A DNA stretch of 64,000 bases from an uncultured Bifidobacteriaceae bacterium. Lineage in GTDB: Bacteria > Bacteroidota > Bacteroidia > Cytophagales > UBA9547. The DNA lies in contig CAZNHL010000001.1 of the NCBI GenBank assembly GCA_964572965.1, positions 58,109 through 122,108 on the forward strand. Direction: 5' to 3'. Position 1 is the stretch's first letter. Each line of letters starts with the position of its first letter. Made by a program: the position numbers and the translations under genes. The notes beneath the pieces are model-generated. The model worked only from the letters and a program-made list of their open reading frames with translations. It made no database searches and was not told the DNA's origin. Shown in pieces: positions 55,936-64,000 of this stretch.

Positions 55936-56646
55936 TTAATTCATTGGTAAATCTATAACAAGGATATAGGCGTCATCTGAAACATTAAAATCAAAGCTAT
56001 CTGCTTCACTTATTCCAATGGCATCACGTTTATCCAATGTAATACCGGCAACTGTTGCTTTTCCTTCAATTAAAAAGACATAGGCTCCGTTACCTTTCTT
56101 CTTTATAGTATAAGTAAATGCCTTCCCTTTTTCGAATTTCCCCAAAGAGAACCATGCATCCTGATTAATCCATAGTGAAGTATCTGACTTTTCAGGAGAA
56201 ACAGCAACATTGAATTTGTTGTTCTGCTCTTCTGCTTTAAAAGTCTTCTGATCATATCTAGGAGTAATATTATCAACTTTAGGGAAAAGCCAGATCTGTA
56301 ATAAGTTTAGCTCCTGGTCTTTATTATGGTTAAATTCAGAGTGTCTGATACCTGTTCCGGCAGACATGATCTGCAAATCACCGGTATTAATAATACCATG
56401 GTTTCCCTCACTATCTTTATGTTCAATGGCACCATGAAGTGGTATTGTAATAATTTCCATATTATCGTGAGGGTGTGTACCAAAACCCTGTCCGCCACTG
56501 ATAATATCATCATTAAGCACTCTTAGTACGCCGAAATTAATTTTTTCAGGATTATACCATTGTGCAAAACTGAAGGAGTGACGTGCCTTCAACCAACCGT
56601 GGTTAGCATAACCACGTGCATCGGATTTATGAACTACAGTTTTCAT
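55936..56646 (-). CDS. Pirin-family protein
   Basis: 236 aa. FSFAQWYNPEKINFGVLRVLNDD...GFGTHPHDNMEIITIPLHGAIEHKDSEGN is the cupin metal motif of pirins. Confidence 0.9.
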   Translation of the reverse strand: MKTVVHKSDARGYANHGWLKARHSFSFAQWYNPEKINFGVLRVLNDDIISGGQGFGTHPHDNMEIITIPLHGAIEHKDSEGNHGIINTGDLQIMSAGTGIRHSEFNHNKDQELNLLQIWLFPKVDNITPRYDQKTFKAEEQNNKFNVAVSPEKSDTSLWINQDAWFSLGKFEKGKAFTYTIKKKGNGAYVFLIEGKATVAGITLDKRDAIGISEADSFDFNVSDDAYILVIDLPMN

Positions 56647-56702
56647 TATTAACCTTTCTTTTTTGTAAATGAATTTTAAAACTCTTTTTACTTCTGAAGG
56701 TT

Positions 56703-57125
56703 CTAAACATCAAATATCAGGTACCTGATATATTTGTCTTTGTTGACAATCAATAAGTAAAAATTCATGATCAACATTATCAGCGCCAATGGTCTGCTTG
56801 CAGAAAGCACGAGCATAGAAATAATCATGATACTTACAGCTACCGGAAATAGAAAAACTACCGCCGTTGCTTCATGTCTTTTAGAAAGCAACATATAACC
56901 TCCAATCAATTCTATAGACTCCACTATGTTCATAATGATGGAATTTCCCATCATCGTATTCACATAACTTGCAGCTACTCTAGGACCTTCATCAAATTGA
57001 AACCAGGGATCGAAATAATCCAGGCCATAAATCATGAAAATTATCCCTAAAGTATATCTGAATACTTCCCGCACCAGACCTCTTGCTTTTATTATATTAT
57101 CAGTACTGGTTAAATGTTTAAACAT
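56703..57125 (-). CDS. DoxX-like small membrane protein
   Basis: 140 aa with 4 TM helices, upstream of and co-oriented with pirin, a frequent pairing. Confidence 0.4.
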   Translation of the reverse strand: MFKHLTSTDNIIKARGLVREVFRYTLGIIFMIYGLDYFDPWFQFDEGPRVAASYVNTMMGNSIIMNIVESIELIGGYMLLSKRHEATAVVFLFPVAVSIMIISMLVLSASRPLALIMLIMNFYLLIVNKDKYIRYLIFDV

Positions 57126-57248
57126 ATAACGTTACAACATTAATAATTGTTTCACACATCCTAATTATAATATTGAAAGATTAGAAGATTTTAAAATTGG
57201 GAAGATGTGATTCTTTAATTTATCAATCTTAAAATTTTTCAATTAAAA

Positions 57249-58067
57249 CTACGCTAGTTTTTTTGCTTCATTCCAATACACATCCATTTCCGCCAATGTC
57301 ATGTCAGCCAATTGCTTGCCGGATTTCTTTGCCTGTGCTTCAAGGTAATTGAAACGGGTTACAAATTTCTTATTAGTACGGTCAAGGGCATCTTCAGCAT
57401 TTATCCCTTCAAAGCGTGCATAGTTGATCAAAGCAAAAATGAGATCCCCAAATTCTCCTTCAACCTTTTCCTTTTTTACGTCAGTAGCTTCAGTTTCGTC
57501 TTTAAACTCTTTAAGTTCTTCTAATACTTTTTCCCAGACATCTTCCTTTTTGTCCCAGTCGAAGCCAACAGCAGCAGCTTTTTCCTGAATACGGTACGCC
57601 TTTACCAAAGCCGGCATTGAATTAGGTACACCACCTAAAACGGTTTTCTCAGCTTTACCATCCTTTTCTTTTAGCTTAATCTGCTCCCAGTTTTGTTTTA
57701 CCTGCTCAGAAGTTTCTGCTTTAACATCACCATAAATATGCGGGTGCCGTCTGATCATCTTCTCACAAAGGCTATTAATAACATCTTCTATGTCAAATTC
57801 ATTGGTCTCAGAAGCAATACGTGCATAGAATACAAGATGCAGTAGAATATCTCCGATTTCTTTCTTTACCTCTTGCAGGTCATTATTTGTAATTGCATCT
57901 GCCAATTCATAAGTTTCTTCAATAGTCAAATGACGTAAGCTCTGAATTGTCTGCTTCTGGTCCCATGGACATTGCTCGCGCAGCTCGTCCATGATGGTCA
58001 ATAATCTGTCAAAGGCATCCAGTTTAGCCTGGCGTTTAGGATCTTTCATTTTGGTATAGCTATGCAT
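57249..58067 (-). CDS. mazG: Nucleoside triphosphate pyrophosphohydrolase MazG
   Basis: 272 aa with tandem MazG domains. It shows CPWDQKQT..SL....IEETYE, and the second domain has EEL.E..DE...GDL.F. Confidence 0.9.
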   Translation of the reverse strand: MHSYTKMKDPKRQAKLDAFDRLLTIMDELREQCPWDQKQTIQSLRHLTIEETYELADAITNNDLQEVKKEIGDILLHLVFYARIASETNEFDIEDVINSLCEKMIRRHPHIYGDVKAETSEQVKQNWEQIKLKEKDGKAEKTVLGGVPNSMPALVKAYRIQEKAAAVGFDWDKKEDVWEKVLEELKEFKDETEATDVKKEKVEGEFGDLIFALINYARFEGINAEDALDRTNKKFVTRFNYLEAQAKKSGKQLADMTLAEMDVYWNEAKKLA

Positions 58068-58102
58068 TAAAAAAGCGCTAAACCTCTTCAGGATTTAGCG
58101 CT
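58066..58102 (-). terminator. Terminator between hflX and mazG
   Basis: AAGCGCTAAA (58072-58081) with TTTAGCGCTT (58093-58102). On the minus strand it is followed by TTTTTA. Confidence 0.7.
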
Positions 58103-58107
58103 TAAAT

Positions 58108-59340
58108 TTATACTTCTTCGTTTGTGTTTTCTATGTCCTCCCAAGGGCGGTTCATATTCTCCCAGTTAGGATAGATTGTGAGATGAACCTGCTTTACAAA
58201 AGAAATCAGCGTTGATCTCAATTCTTCTATATTGTCTTTGTTAGTAGCAGAAATAAAGACAGCTTGTGTTGTCCCTTTATTCATGTATGAACGTTTCAAT
58301 TGATCAAGTCTTGTTTCTATTTTCTCCTTGTCGCCTTCAAAAGTGATTACTTCTTCGTCATTTTTGAATTGATCAATCTTATTGAAAACAAGAATAGTAG
58401 GCTTATTAGCTGCTTTAATTTCTGTCAGCGTCTGATTTACAACCGCAATCTGATCTTCAAAGCTTTCATGGGAAATATCCACTACATGCATCAGCACATC
58501 CGCTTCCCTTATTTCATCCAAGGTTGACTTAAAGCATTCAACCAATGTGTGAGGCAGTTTCCTGATAAACCCTACGGTGTCTGTCAGTAGAAAAGGATAC
58601 TGATCCAATACCACTTTCCTAACTGTTGCATCTACTGTTGCAAAAAGCTTATTTTCGGCGAATACATCCGATTTCGAAAGCATATTCATAATAGTAGACT
58701 TTCCAACATTGGTATAACCAACCAAGGCAACCCTTACAATCTGCTCTCTTGACTTGCGACGTGTAACACTTTGCTTATCAATCTTCACCAGCTTTTCTTT
58801 CAGGAAAGCAATTTCTTCTCTGATCAAACGCTTGTCGGTTTCTATCTGCAACTCTCCGGAACCACCACGTGTACCAGTTCCTCCTCGCTGGCGCTCCAAG
58901 TGAGTCCACATACGGGTAAGCCGAGGCAACAAATATTGAAAACGAGCCAGTTCAACCTGGGTCTTAGCTTGTGCTGTTTGTGCTCTCTGAAGAAAAATAT
59001 CCAGAATCAGTAAGCTTCTGTCATAAATCTTTACTTGCAATTCATTCTCTACATTTCTTAGCTGAGATGGAGAAAGATCATCATCGAATATGACGCAATT
59101 AGCATCTTTGGCAATGATAAATGCCTTAATTTCTTCAAGCTTACCTTTACCTACAAAAGTACGCACATCAGGTCTCCCCAATTTTTGTGTAAAATTGCGC
59201 AGTGTGGTAATACCCAAAGTATTTGCCAGAAACGCAAGCTCATCAAGATACTCGTAAGCTTTCTTCTGAGTTTGTGTTCCTGTAATCATCGCAACCAATA
59301 CGGCACGATCAGCTTTTCTTTCGTCGTCGAAAAATCCCAT
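58108..59340 (-). CDS. hflX: GTPase HflX
   Basis: 410 aa with an HflX N-domain (LDELAFLANTLG, IFDDDLSPSQLRN), G1 (GYTNVGKST), DTVGFI and NKID. Confidence 0.9.
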   Translation of the reverse strand: MGFFDDERKADRAVLVAMITGTQTQKKAYEYLDELAFLANTLGITTLRNFTQKLGRPDVRTFVGKGKLEEIKAFIIAKDANCVIFDDDLSPSQLRNVENELQVKIYDRSLLILDIFLQRAQTAQAKTQVELARFQYLLPRLTRMWTHLERQRGGTGTRGGSGELQIETDKRLIREEIAFLKEKLVKIDKQSVTRRKSREQIVRVALVGYTNVGKSTIMNMLSKSDVFAENKLFATVDATVRKVVLDQYPFLLTDTVGFIRKLPHTLVECFKSTLDEIREADVLMHVVDISHESFEDQIAVVNQTLTEIKAANKPTILVFNKIDQFKNDEEVITFEGDKEKIETRLDQLKRSYMNKGTTQAVFISATNKDNIEELRSTLISFVKQVHLTIYPNWENMNRPWEDIENTNEEV

Positions 59341-59343
59341 TTA

Positions 59344-60024
59344 TTATTTTTTCAGCGCAGCGATGTATTCCGCCACGGCATCAATTTCACTTTCTGAAAG
59401 TGCATCTTTATAAGCAGGCATTAAACCTTTTCCCTTATTAATAAATGCTACTCTCTCTTCTTTTGTCAATTTAGATATTGTCAGATTTGCTGCGCCACCC
59501 ACTGCAAGGTCTCCATTTGGTCCATGGCAAGCTTTACATACTTGTTCATAAATTGCTTTACCGGCACTGGCATTCTGGTCAAGTATCTCATTGGCTATTG
59601 CTACAGTAGTATCTGCATTAACTGCAGGCGCTGCTGCCTCCGGAGTTACTATTTTAATCTTATCTCTTTTAAAAGTTAAGCTTTTAGTTTCTGACACCCC
59701 GAAAAAATAAATAAAGCCTGCCAAAGAAAGTGCTGCAAGTGCTTTATTTTCTTTTTTCAGACCAACAATACCCATTGGAATCAACGCAAGCACTGCTCCT
59801 AATTTTACCCACATCCACGTTTCTTTTACCGGAGCAGAGAACAATAAATACCCGCCTGTGATCAGGATTAGTGTTCCCAGGATCATTTCAATGACTTTGG
59901 TTTTATTTCTCAGTGTAGTTAAAGTTTCATTTTTGCTCAAAAGCAATAAAACGACTTTAGTAGCGAACAGTAATAAGAAAATGACTACTACTGTCATGTG
60001 CAGGTGTGAAAATCCTTTGGCCAT
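59344..60024 (-). CDS. Membrane-anchored c-type cytochrome
   Basis: It has an N-terminal 4-TM domain followed by a class I cytochrome c domain with the heme site CKACHG and a distal Met (GLMPAY). Its stop lies 3 nt before the hflX start. Confidence 0.7.
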   Translation of the reverse strand: MAKGFSHLHMTVVVIFLLLFATKVVLLLLSKNETLTTLRNKTKVIEMILGTLILITGGYLLFSAPVKETWMWVKLGAVLALIPMGIVGLKKENKALAALSLAGFIYFFGVSETKSLTFKRDKIKIVTPEAAAPAVNADTTVAIANEILDQNASAGKAIYEQVCKACHGPNGDLAVGGAANLTISKLTKEERVAFINKGKGLMPAYKDALSESEIDAVAEYIAALKK

Positions 60025-60195
60025 GTCTATAAGTTTGTGGTTTTGGTAATTCACAAATTTAAGGTATTAATCAATACCAAGCGGGATTAATACACTTTTT
60101 TCGGTAAAAGGCATTCATGAATACACAGAAACGGAAAATCCATTCTCTATACAAAATAAAATGCCTATTTTGTCTTTCCAAATTTGCTTCAATTA

Positions 60196-61308
60196 ATGAA
60201 AATTGCCCTCTTTGCCAATACTTCATGGAACCTCTGGAATTTTCGCATGGGACTCATCAAGGCTTTGCAAAAAGCAGGACATGAGGTAATTGCAATTGCA
60301 CCGACTGACGACTATTCTTCTAAGCTAACTTCATTGGTTTCAGTCTACTATCCGATTAGTATTGACGGAAAAGGATCAAATCCAATCAATGACCTTAAAA
60401 TCGTAAAACAACAATACAGCATCCTGAAAAAGTCCAAGCCGGATGTAGTGTTGCAGTTTACGATCAAACCGAACATTTATGGTACTTTAGCCGCAAAAAT
60501 GGCTGGTATTCCGGTTATCAATAATGTTTCCGGACTAGGAACGGTTTTTTTAAACAAAGGGTTGGTTGCCAAAACTGCACTTCTTTTATATCGTTTAGCT
60601 TTCCGCTTTCCGGCGAAGGTATTCTTTCAGAATGAAGATGACCGAAAGCTATTTATTAAAAAACGATTAACACGAGAATCCCTTACTGCCGTACTTCCGG
60701 GTTCTGGTGTAAATCTTGCTAAATTCAAACCAACTCAGTTTCATCGCAATGAACCTTTTGAGTTTTTAATGATTGCACGCCTGATCAGAGACAAGGGAGT
60801 AAGGGAATATGTAGAAGCTTCAAAGATCTTAAAATCAAAAAATATAAAAGCAGTTTTCCGCTTAATGGGCTTCACAGACTTTGAAAGCCCTTATGGTATA
60901 TCAAAAGAAGAGTTACAAAACTGGGTGTCGGAAGGATACATCCAATATGAAGGAACTACTGACGATACAGCCGCAATGCTTCATAAAACTGATTGTGTTG
61001 TACTCCCCTCTTACAGAGAGGGAACATCAAAAGTATTATTAGAAGCACTAGCTTCAGGCAAACCTATTGTGACAACGGACGTGCCTGGCTGCAGAGAAAC
61101 AGTAATTGTTGGTAAAAATGGTTTTCTATGCGAATCAGGCAGACCTGAAAGTCTGGCAGATCAAATGGAAAAGCTTTTTGATTTAGATAATGCCACTCTG
61201 GAAAGTTTTGGGAAAGTATCCCGAAATCTGGCAGAAAGTACTTATAACGAACAACTTGTTTTTGATCTTTACCTTAGGGCAATCAAGTCGCTCGAAAAAC
61301 AGGTTTAA
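60196..61308 (+). CDS. Glycosyltransferase (GT4-type, GT-B fold)
   Basis: Starts MKIALFANTSWNLWNFRMGLIKAL. It has the C-terminal EGTSKVLLEALASGKPIVTTDVPGCRE (E-x7-E) motif. Confidence 0.8.
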   Translation: MKIALFANTSWNLWNFRMGLIKALQKAGHEVIAIAPTDDYSSKLTSLVSVYYPISIDGKGSNPINDLKIVKQQYSILKKSKPDVVLQFTIKPNIYGTLAAKMAGIPVINNVSGLGTVFLNKGLVAKTALLLYRLAFRFPAKVFFQNEDDRKLFIKKRLTRESLTAVLPGSGVNLAKFKPTQFHRNEPFEFLMIARLIRDKGVREYVEASKILKSKNIKAVFRLMGFTDFESPYGISKEELQNWVSEGYIQYEGTTDDTAAMLHKTDCVVLPSYREGTSKVLLEALASGKPIVTTDVPGCRETVIVGKNGFLCESGRPESLADQMEKLFDLDNATLESFGKVSRNLAESTYNEQLVFDLYLRAIKSLEKQV

Positions 61309-61354
61309 TCGATAATAAATTGTAAATTGAACCGAAATAGAAATTCCATTTTGC

Positions 61355-61900
61355 ATGCAGGTTAAACATTTTACTATTGAAGGTTTAGTTGAAATTACTC
61401 CGGCTGTTTTCAAAGATGAACGCGGATTCTTTTTCGAGTCTTACAGTACCAAAAAATTTGAGGAAATTGGCATTAAAGAGCAATTCGTTCAGGACAATCA
61501 ATCTTTTTCAACTAAAGGTGTTCTAAGAGGCCTGCACCTTCAAAAAGACCCCCATGCACAAGGGAAACTGGTACGTGTAATAAGCGGAAAAGTGCTGGAT
61601 GTAGCTGTCGATATCAGAAAAAACTCCCCGACAATAGGACAACATGTGAGTATCCTACTGGATGCTGAGAGAAACAACATGTTCTATATACCTCCGGGGT
61701 TTGCTCACGGTTTCGTTGTACTTGAAGATGCCGTTTTTTCATATAAGTGCACTAACTTATACAACAAGCAGTCAGAAGGGGGTATTATCTGGAATGACCC
61801 CAAACTGAATATTGACTGGGGTGTGGCAAACCCTAACGTATCTGAAAAAGACATTGAATTGCCAACATTTGACGAACTGATCAAAGAACTTTATGGTTAA
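61355..61900 (+). CDS. rfbC: dTDP-4-dehydrorhamnose 3,5-epimerase
   Basis: 181 aa. It shows F.DERGFFFESY, RGLHLQ, QGKLVRV..G...DVAVDIR..SPT.G and PPGFAHGF. Confidence 0.92.
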   Translation: MQVKHFTIEGLVEITPAVFKDERGFFFESYSTKKFEEIGIKEQFVQDNQSFSTKGVLRGLHLQKDPHAQGKLVRVISGKVLDVAVDIRKNSPTIGQHVSILLDAERNNMFYIPPGFAHGFVVLEDAVFSYKCTNLYNKQSEGGIIWNDPKLNIDWGVANPNVSEKDIELPTFDELIKELYG

Positions 61901-62708
61901 AAAATCTCTTTTTTTCGTTTTTATTTGTATCCTCTTCAGCGGATGTTTCAGAAAGAATATTCTTTTTCAAACAGATAGCTCAACTGATGAAAAGCTCCTA
62001 TTTGCAGTTGGACAATTAGAAAAGACCTACATTGTCAAACCTAATGACTATTTAGACGTGCAAGTGTATACTAATAACGGAGAAAGACTTATTGACCCCA
62101 ATAACGCTTTTGCTAAACAAGCACTTACCTCCCCTAGTTCAAATACTACTACGACACTACAACCAATTGTAAAGTATCTTGTGCAACCTGACGGAAAAGT
62201 GGATTTGCCTATGATTGGATCTGTGAAAGTAGACAATCTCTCCTTACACCAAGTAGATAGTCTGCTATCTGTAGAGTATGGCAAATTTTATAAAGAGGCT
62301 TATGTATATGCCAGACTTCTTAACAAAAGAGTGCTTATACTTGGAGCTACAGGAATTGTTGGAGGAGCTAACTCAATGGGAACCTCCGGTAAAGTCATAC
62401 CACTCGATAATGAGAATATGAGTCTCATTGAAGTAATCACTCTCGCCGGAGGCATTGATTATTATTCAAAAGCTAATAATATTCGTGTTATCAGAGGTGA
62501 TCTGAAAAACCCATCAGTTCAATTGGTTGATTTAACAACAATAGAAGGGATGAAAAAAGCTAATTTGGCAGTACAACCTAACGACATTATCTACATAGAA
62601 AAGTATAACCGTAGGTTCAGTCAATCTCTACAGGAGGTTACTCCTGCTCTTAGCATTTTTACCAGTCTATTAACTATCATTGTTCTAATAGTAACTGTGA
62701 ACAAATAA
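61893..62708 (+). CDS. Polysaccharide export outer membrane protein (Wza-like), second copy
   Basis: 271 aa with lipobox FSGC. It contains YIVKPNDYLDVQVY and QPDGKVDLPMIG, plus an SLBB region and a hydrophobic C-terminal helix. It is a paralog of 7201..7995. Confidence 0.8.
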   Translation: MVKKSLFFVFICILFSGCFRKNILFQTDSSTDEKLLFAVGQLEKTYIVKPNDYLDVQVYTNNGERLIDPNNAFAKQALTSPSSNTTTTLQPIVKYLVQPDGKVDLPMIGSVKVDNLSLHQVDSLLSVEYGKFYKEAYVYARLLNKRVLILGATGIVGGANSMGTSGKVIPLDNENMSLIEVITLAGGIDYYSKANNIRVIRGDLKNPSVQLVDLTTIEGMKKANLAVQPNDIIYIEKYNRRFSQSLQEVTPALSIFTSLLTIIVLIVTVNK

Positions 62709-62712
62709 TTCA

Positions 62713-64000
62713 ATGAAGCAAAGAGACCTACAAGAAACCGGAAACCATTCCCAATTTTGGGGGCAAAATGAGTTTGAAGAAAATACAGAAGACAGCTTCC
62801 TCGGAAATCTTGACTTTATCAGGTTTTTGCATGTTCTTCAAAAAAATATTTTCTGGATTTTTCTATTCTTGTTCATTTCTTTTACAGGGGCTTTTCTGTA
62901 CATCCGCTATACAAAACAAATTTTCGAATCTGAATCGATCATCAAACTTGATAACAAAAAAGAAACAACGAAGTTAGGGTTAGATCAATTGAGCGGCGGA
63001 GGTGACCTCAATAGCAAAATGAGTAATCTATCAGGTGAAATCGAATTGATTAAATCTAATTTGATCATAGAAAAGCTCATTAATGTACTGAATCTTAAAA
63101 CGAGCTATTTTGCATATGGTAAAATAAGCTATATGGAAAGGTACAAGACGTCTCCTTTTAGTGTAAAAGTACTTGAGGGAAAACTGAACAACGATATCCG
63201 ATACAATGTTGATATTATTGACCAACAAAACTTTACATTTACAGAACAAGGTTCAAAAAATATCATTAGGGGTATCAATAATAAGCCTTTTCAATATGGT
63301 CACGCTAAAGTAGTAGTACAAATTGCCCCACTATTGGAAGAATTATCCACACCAGAACATTTCTTCATCATTAACAGCGACTTCGCTCTTGCAAAACAAA
63401 TTGGAACGGATCTCTCCGTAGAAGTTTTGAATCCTGACGCTAATACAATCCGAGTTGCTTATAAAGATCATGACAAGCTAAAAGCTTATGATATTGTAAG
63501 AGTTATTGATTCTATCTACCAGATAGAGTCACTGAAAAAAAATTATCAGACACAAGAGCAAACTATCAACTTTCTTAATCAGCAGTTAAAAGAAACTGAA
63601 GACAATCTGGAACTCTATGAAATGCAAATAGAATCCTTTGCCAGAAAAAATAAGACTGTTGACGTCAGAGCTGATCTTGGCAAGTCTGTTGAAAAAGTTG
63701 AAGTTTTCGATAAAGAACAAATAGATTTTAAATTACAAATCAAGTTACTTGATGAGCTTAAAGATATTATTCATACTAATGAAGATTTAAAAACGCATAT
63801 CCCTACGCTTGCAGGTATAGGAGATGCCCAAATTGTAACAGGAATTGTAGCTCTGAACAAACTTCAGATTGAAAGAGAACTTCTCCTTAGCTCTTATAGC
63901 GAAGGAACTTTTGTGATTAAATCAAAAGACATTGAGATCCTGAATTTGAAAGACAACCTAAAGGAACTTATTGACCACAATAAAAAGCTACTTAGTAGCC
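62713..64000 (+). CDS. Polysaccharide co-polymerase / tyrosine kinase (Wzc/GumC-like), second copy, 3' end beyond window
   Basis: Absent from the track because it has no stop in the window. The ATG at 62713 gives MKQRDLQETGNHSQFWGQNEFEENTEDSFLGNLDFIRFLHVLQKNIFWIFLFLFISFTGAFLYIRYTKQIFESESIIKLDNKK...SGEIELIKSNLIIEKLI. This is a Wzz N-terminal TM with a chain-length-determinant motif. I translated the frame by hand to about 63280 and found it open; the remainder to 64000 was not translated and is assumed open. Confidence 0.75.
   Translation, partial: MKQRDLQETGNHSQFWGQNEFEENTEDSFLGNLDFIRFLHVLQKNIFWIFLFLFISFTGAFLYIRYTKQIFESESIIKLDNKKETTKLGLDQLSGGGDLNSKMSNLSGEIELIKSNLIIEKLINVLNLKTSYFAYGKISYMERYKTSPFSVKVLEGKLNNDIRYNVDIIDQQNFTFTEQGSKNIIRGINNKPFQYGHAKVVVQIAPLLEELSTPEHFFIINSDFALAKQIGTDLSVEVLNPDANTIRVAYKDHDKLKAYDIVRVIDSIYQIESLKKNYQTQEQTINFLNQQLKETEDNLELYEMQIESFARKNKTVDVRADLGKSVEKVEVFDKEQIDFKLQIKLLDELKDIIHTNEDLKTHIPTLAGIGDAQIVTGIVALNKLQIERELLLSSYSEGTFVIKSKDIEILNLKDNLKELIDHNKKLLSS

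Noticed and set aside
57172-57243. AT-rich imperfect inverted repeat between the DoxX-like gene and mazG (ATTGAAA...AAGATT... / ...AATCTT...TTTCAAT)
   Set aside because: Only short blocks (7 + 6 nt) are complementary, and the region is very AT-rich. It is most simply a weak mazG terminator or chance symmetry.
62768-63249. Track ORFs 62768..62977 (+) and 63031..63249 (-)
   Set aside because: Both lie inside the open Wzc-like reading frame that starts at 62713 and continues to the window end. They are out-of-frame or antisense artefacts.

Overview
This window looks like a chromosomal segment of a low-GC Bacteroidota genome, probably Sphingobacteriia- or Flavobacteriia-like. The evidence for that is a PorP/SprF gene, a gldE-gldD pair, a cargo protein with a T9SS C-terminal sorting domain, TonB-dependent receptor/DUF4249 and FadL/SGNH gene pairs, TAnnTTTG-type -7 promoter boxes, and an S16 protein with a long Ala/Glu-rich tail. 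Most genes are housekeeping: hemD, hemW, rpsP, mutY, ssb, recX, typA, dnaN, trmD, rimM, nagA, ispF, mazG, hflX and one tRNA-Val(UAC). Envelope functions are also well represented, with two Wza/Wzc-type polysaccharide export pairs, two AsmA-family proteins, an Omp85-family gene and several lipoproteins. From about 33 to 47.5 kb there is a more accessory-looking stretch of small regulators, detoxification-type enzymes and a visibly GC-richer prpD-prpB-prpC methylcitrate operon. I found no CRISPR array, transposase, integrase, phage module or recognisable defence system. The most unusual signals are non-coding. (1) Intergenic spacers are built from paired tandem heptanucleotide arrays that can fold into long periodically mismatched hairpins (trmD/nuoA, prpD/prpB, prpB/prpC). 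(2) A palindromic element of about 200 bp occurs twice in opposite orientation, each time between convergent genes. (3) A 460-bp non-coding region upstream of prpD carries a 20-bp hairpin and what looks like a decayed gene remnant. Other points of interest are a frameshifted Omp85/BamA-family gene, an orphan nuoA behind an AsmA-like gene, and a duplicated TetR-type operator. All functional calls rest on motif recognition by eye; no database search or folding calculation was possible.
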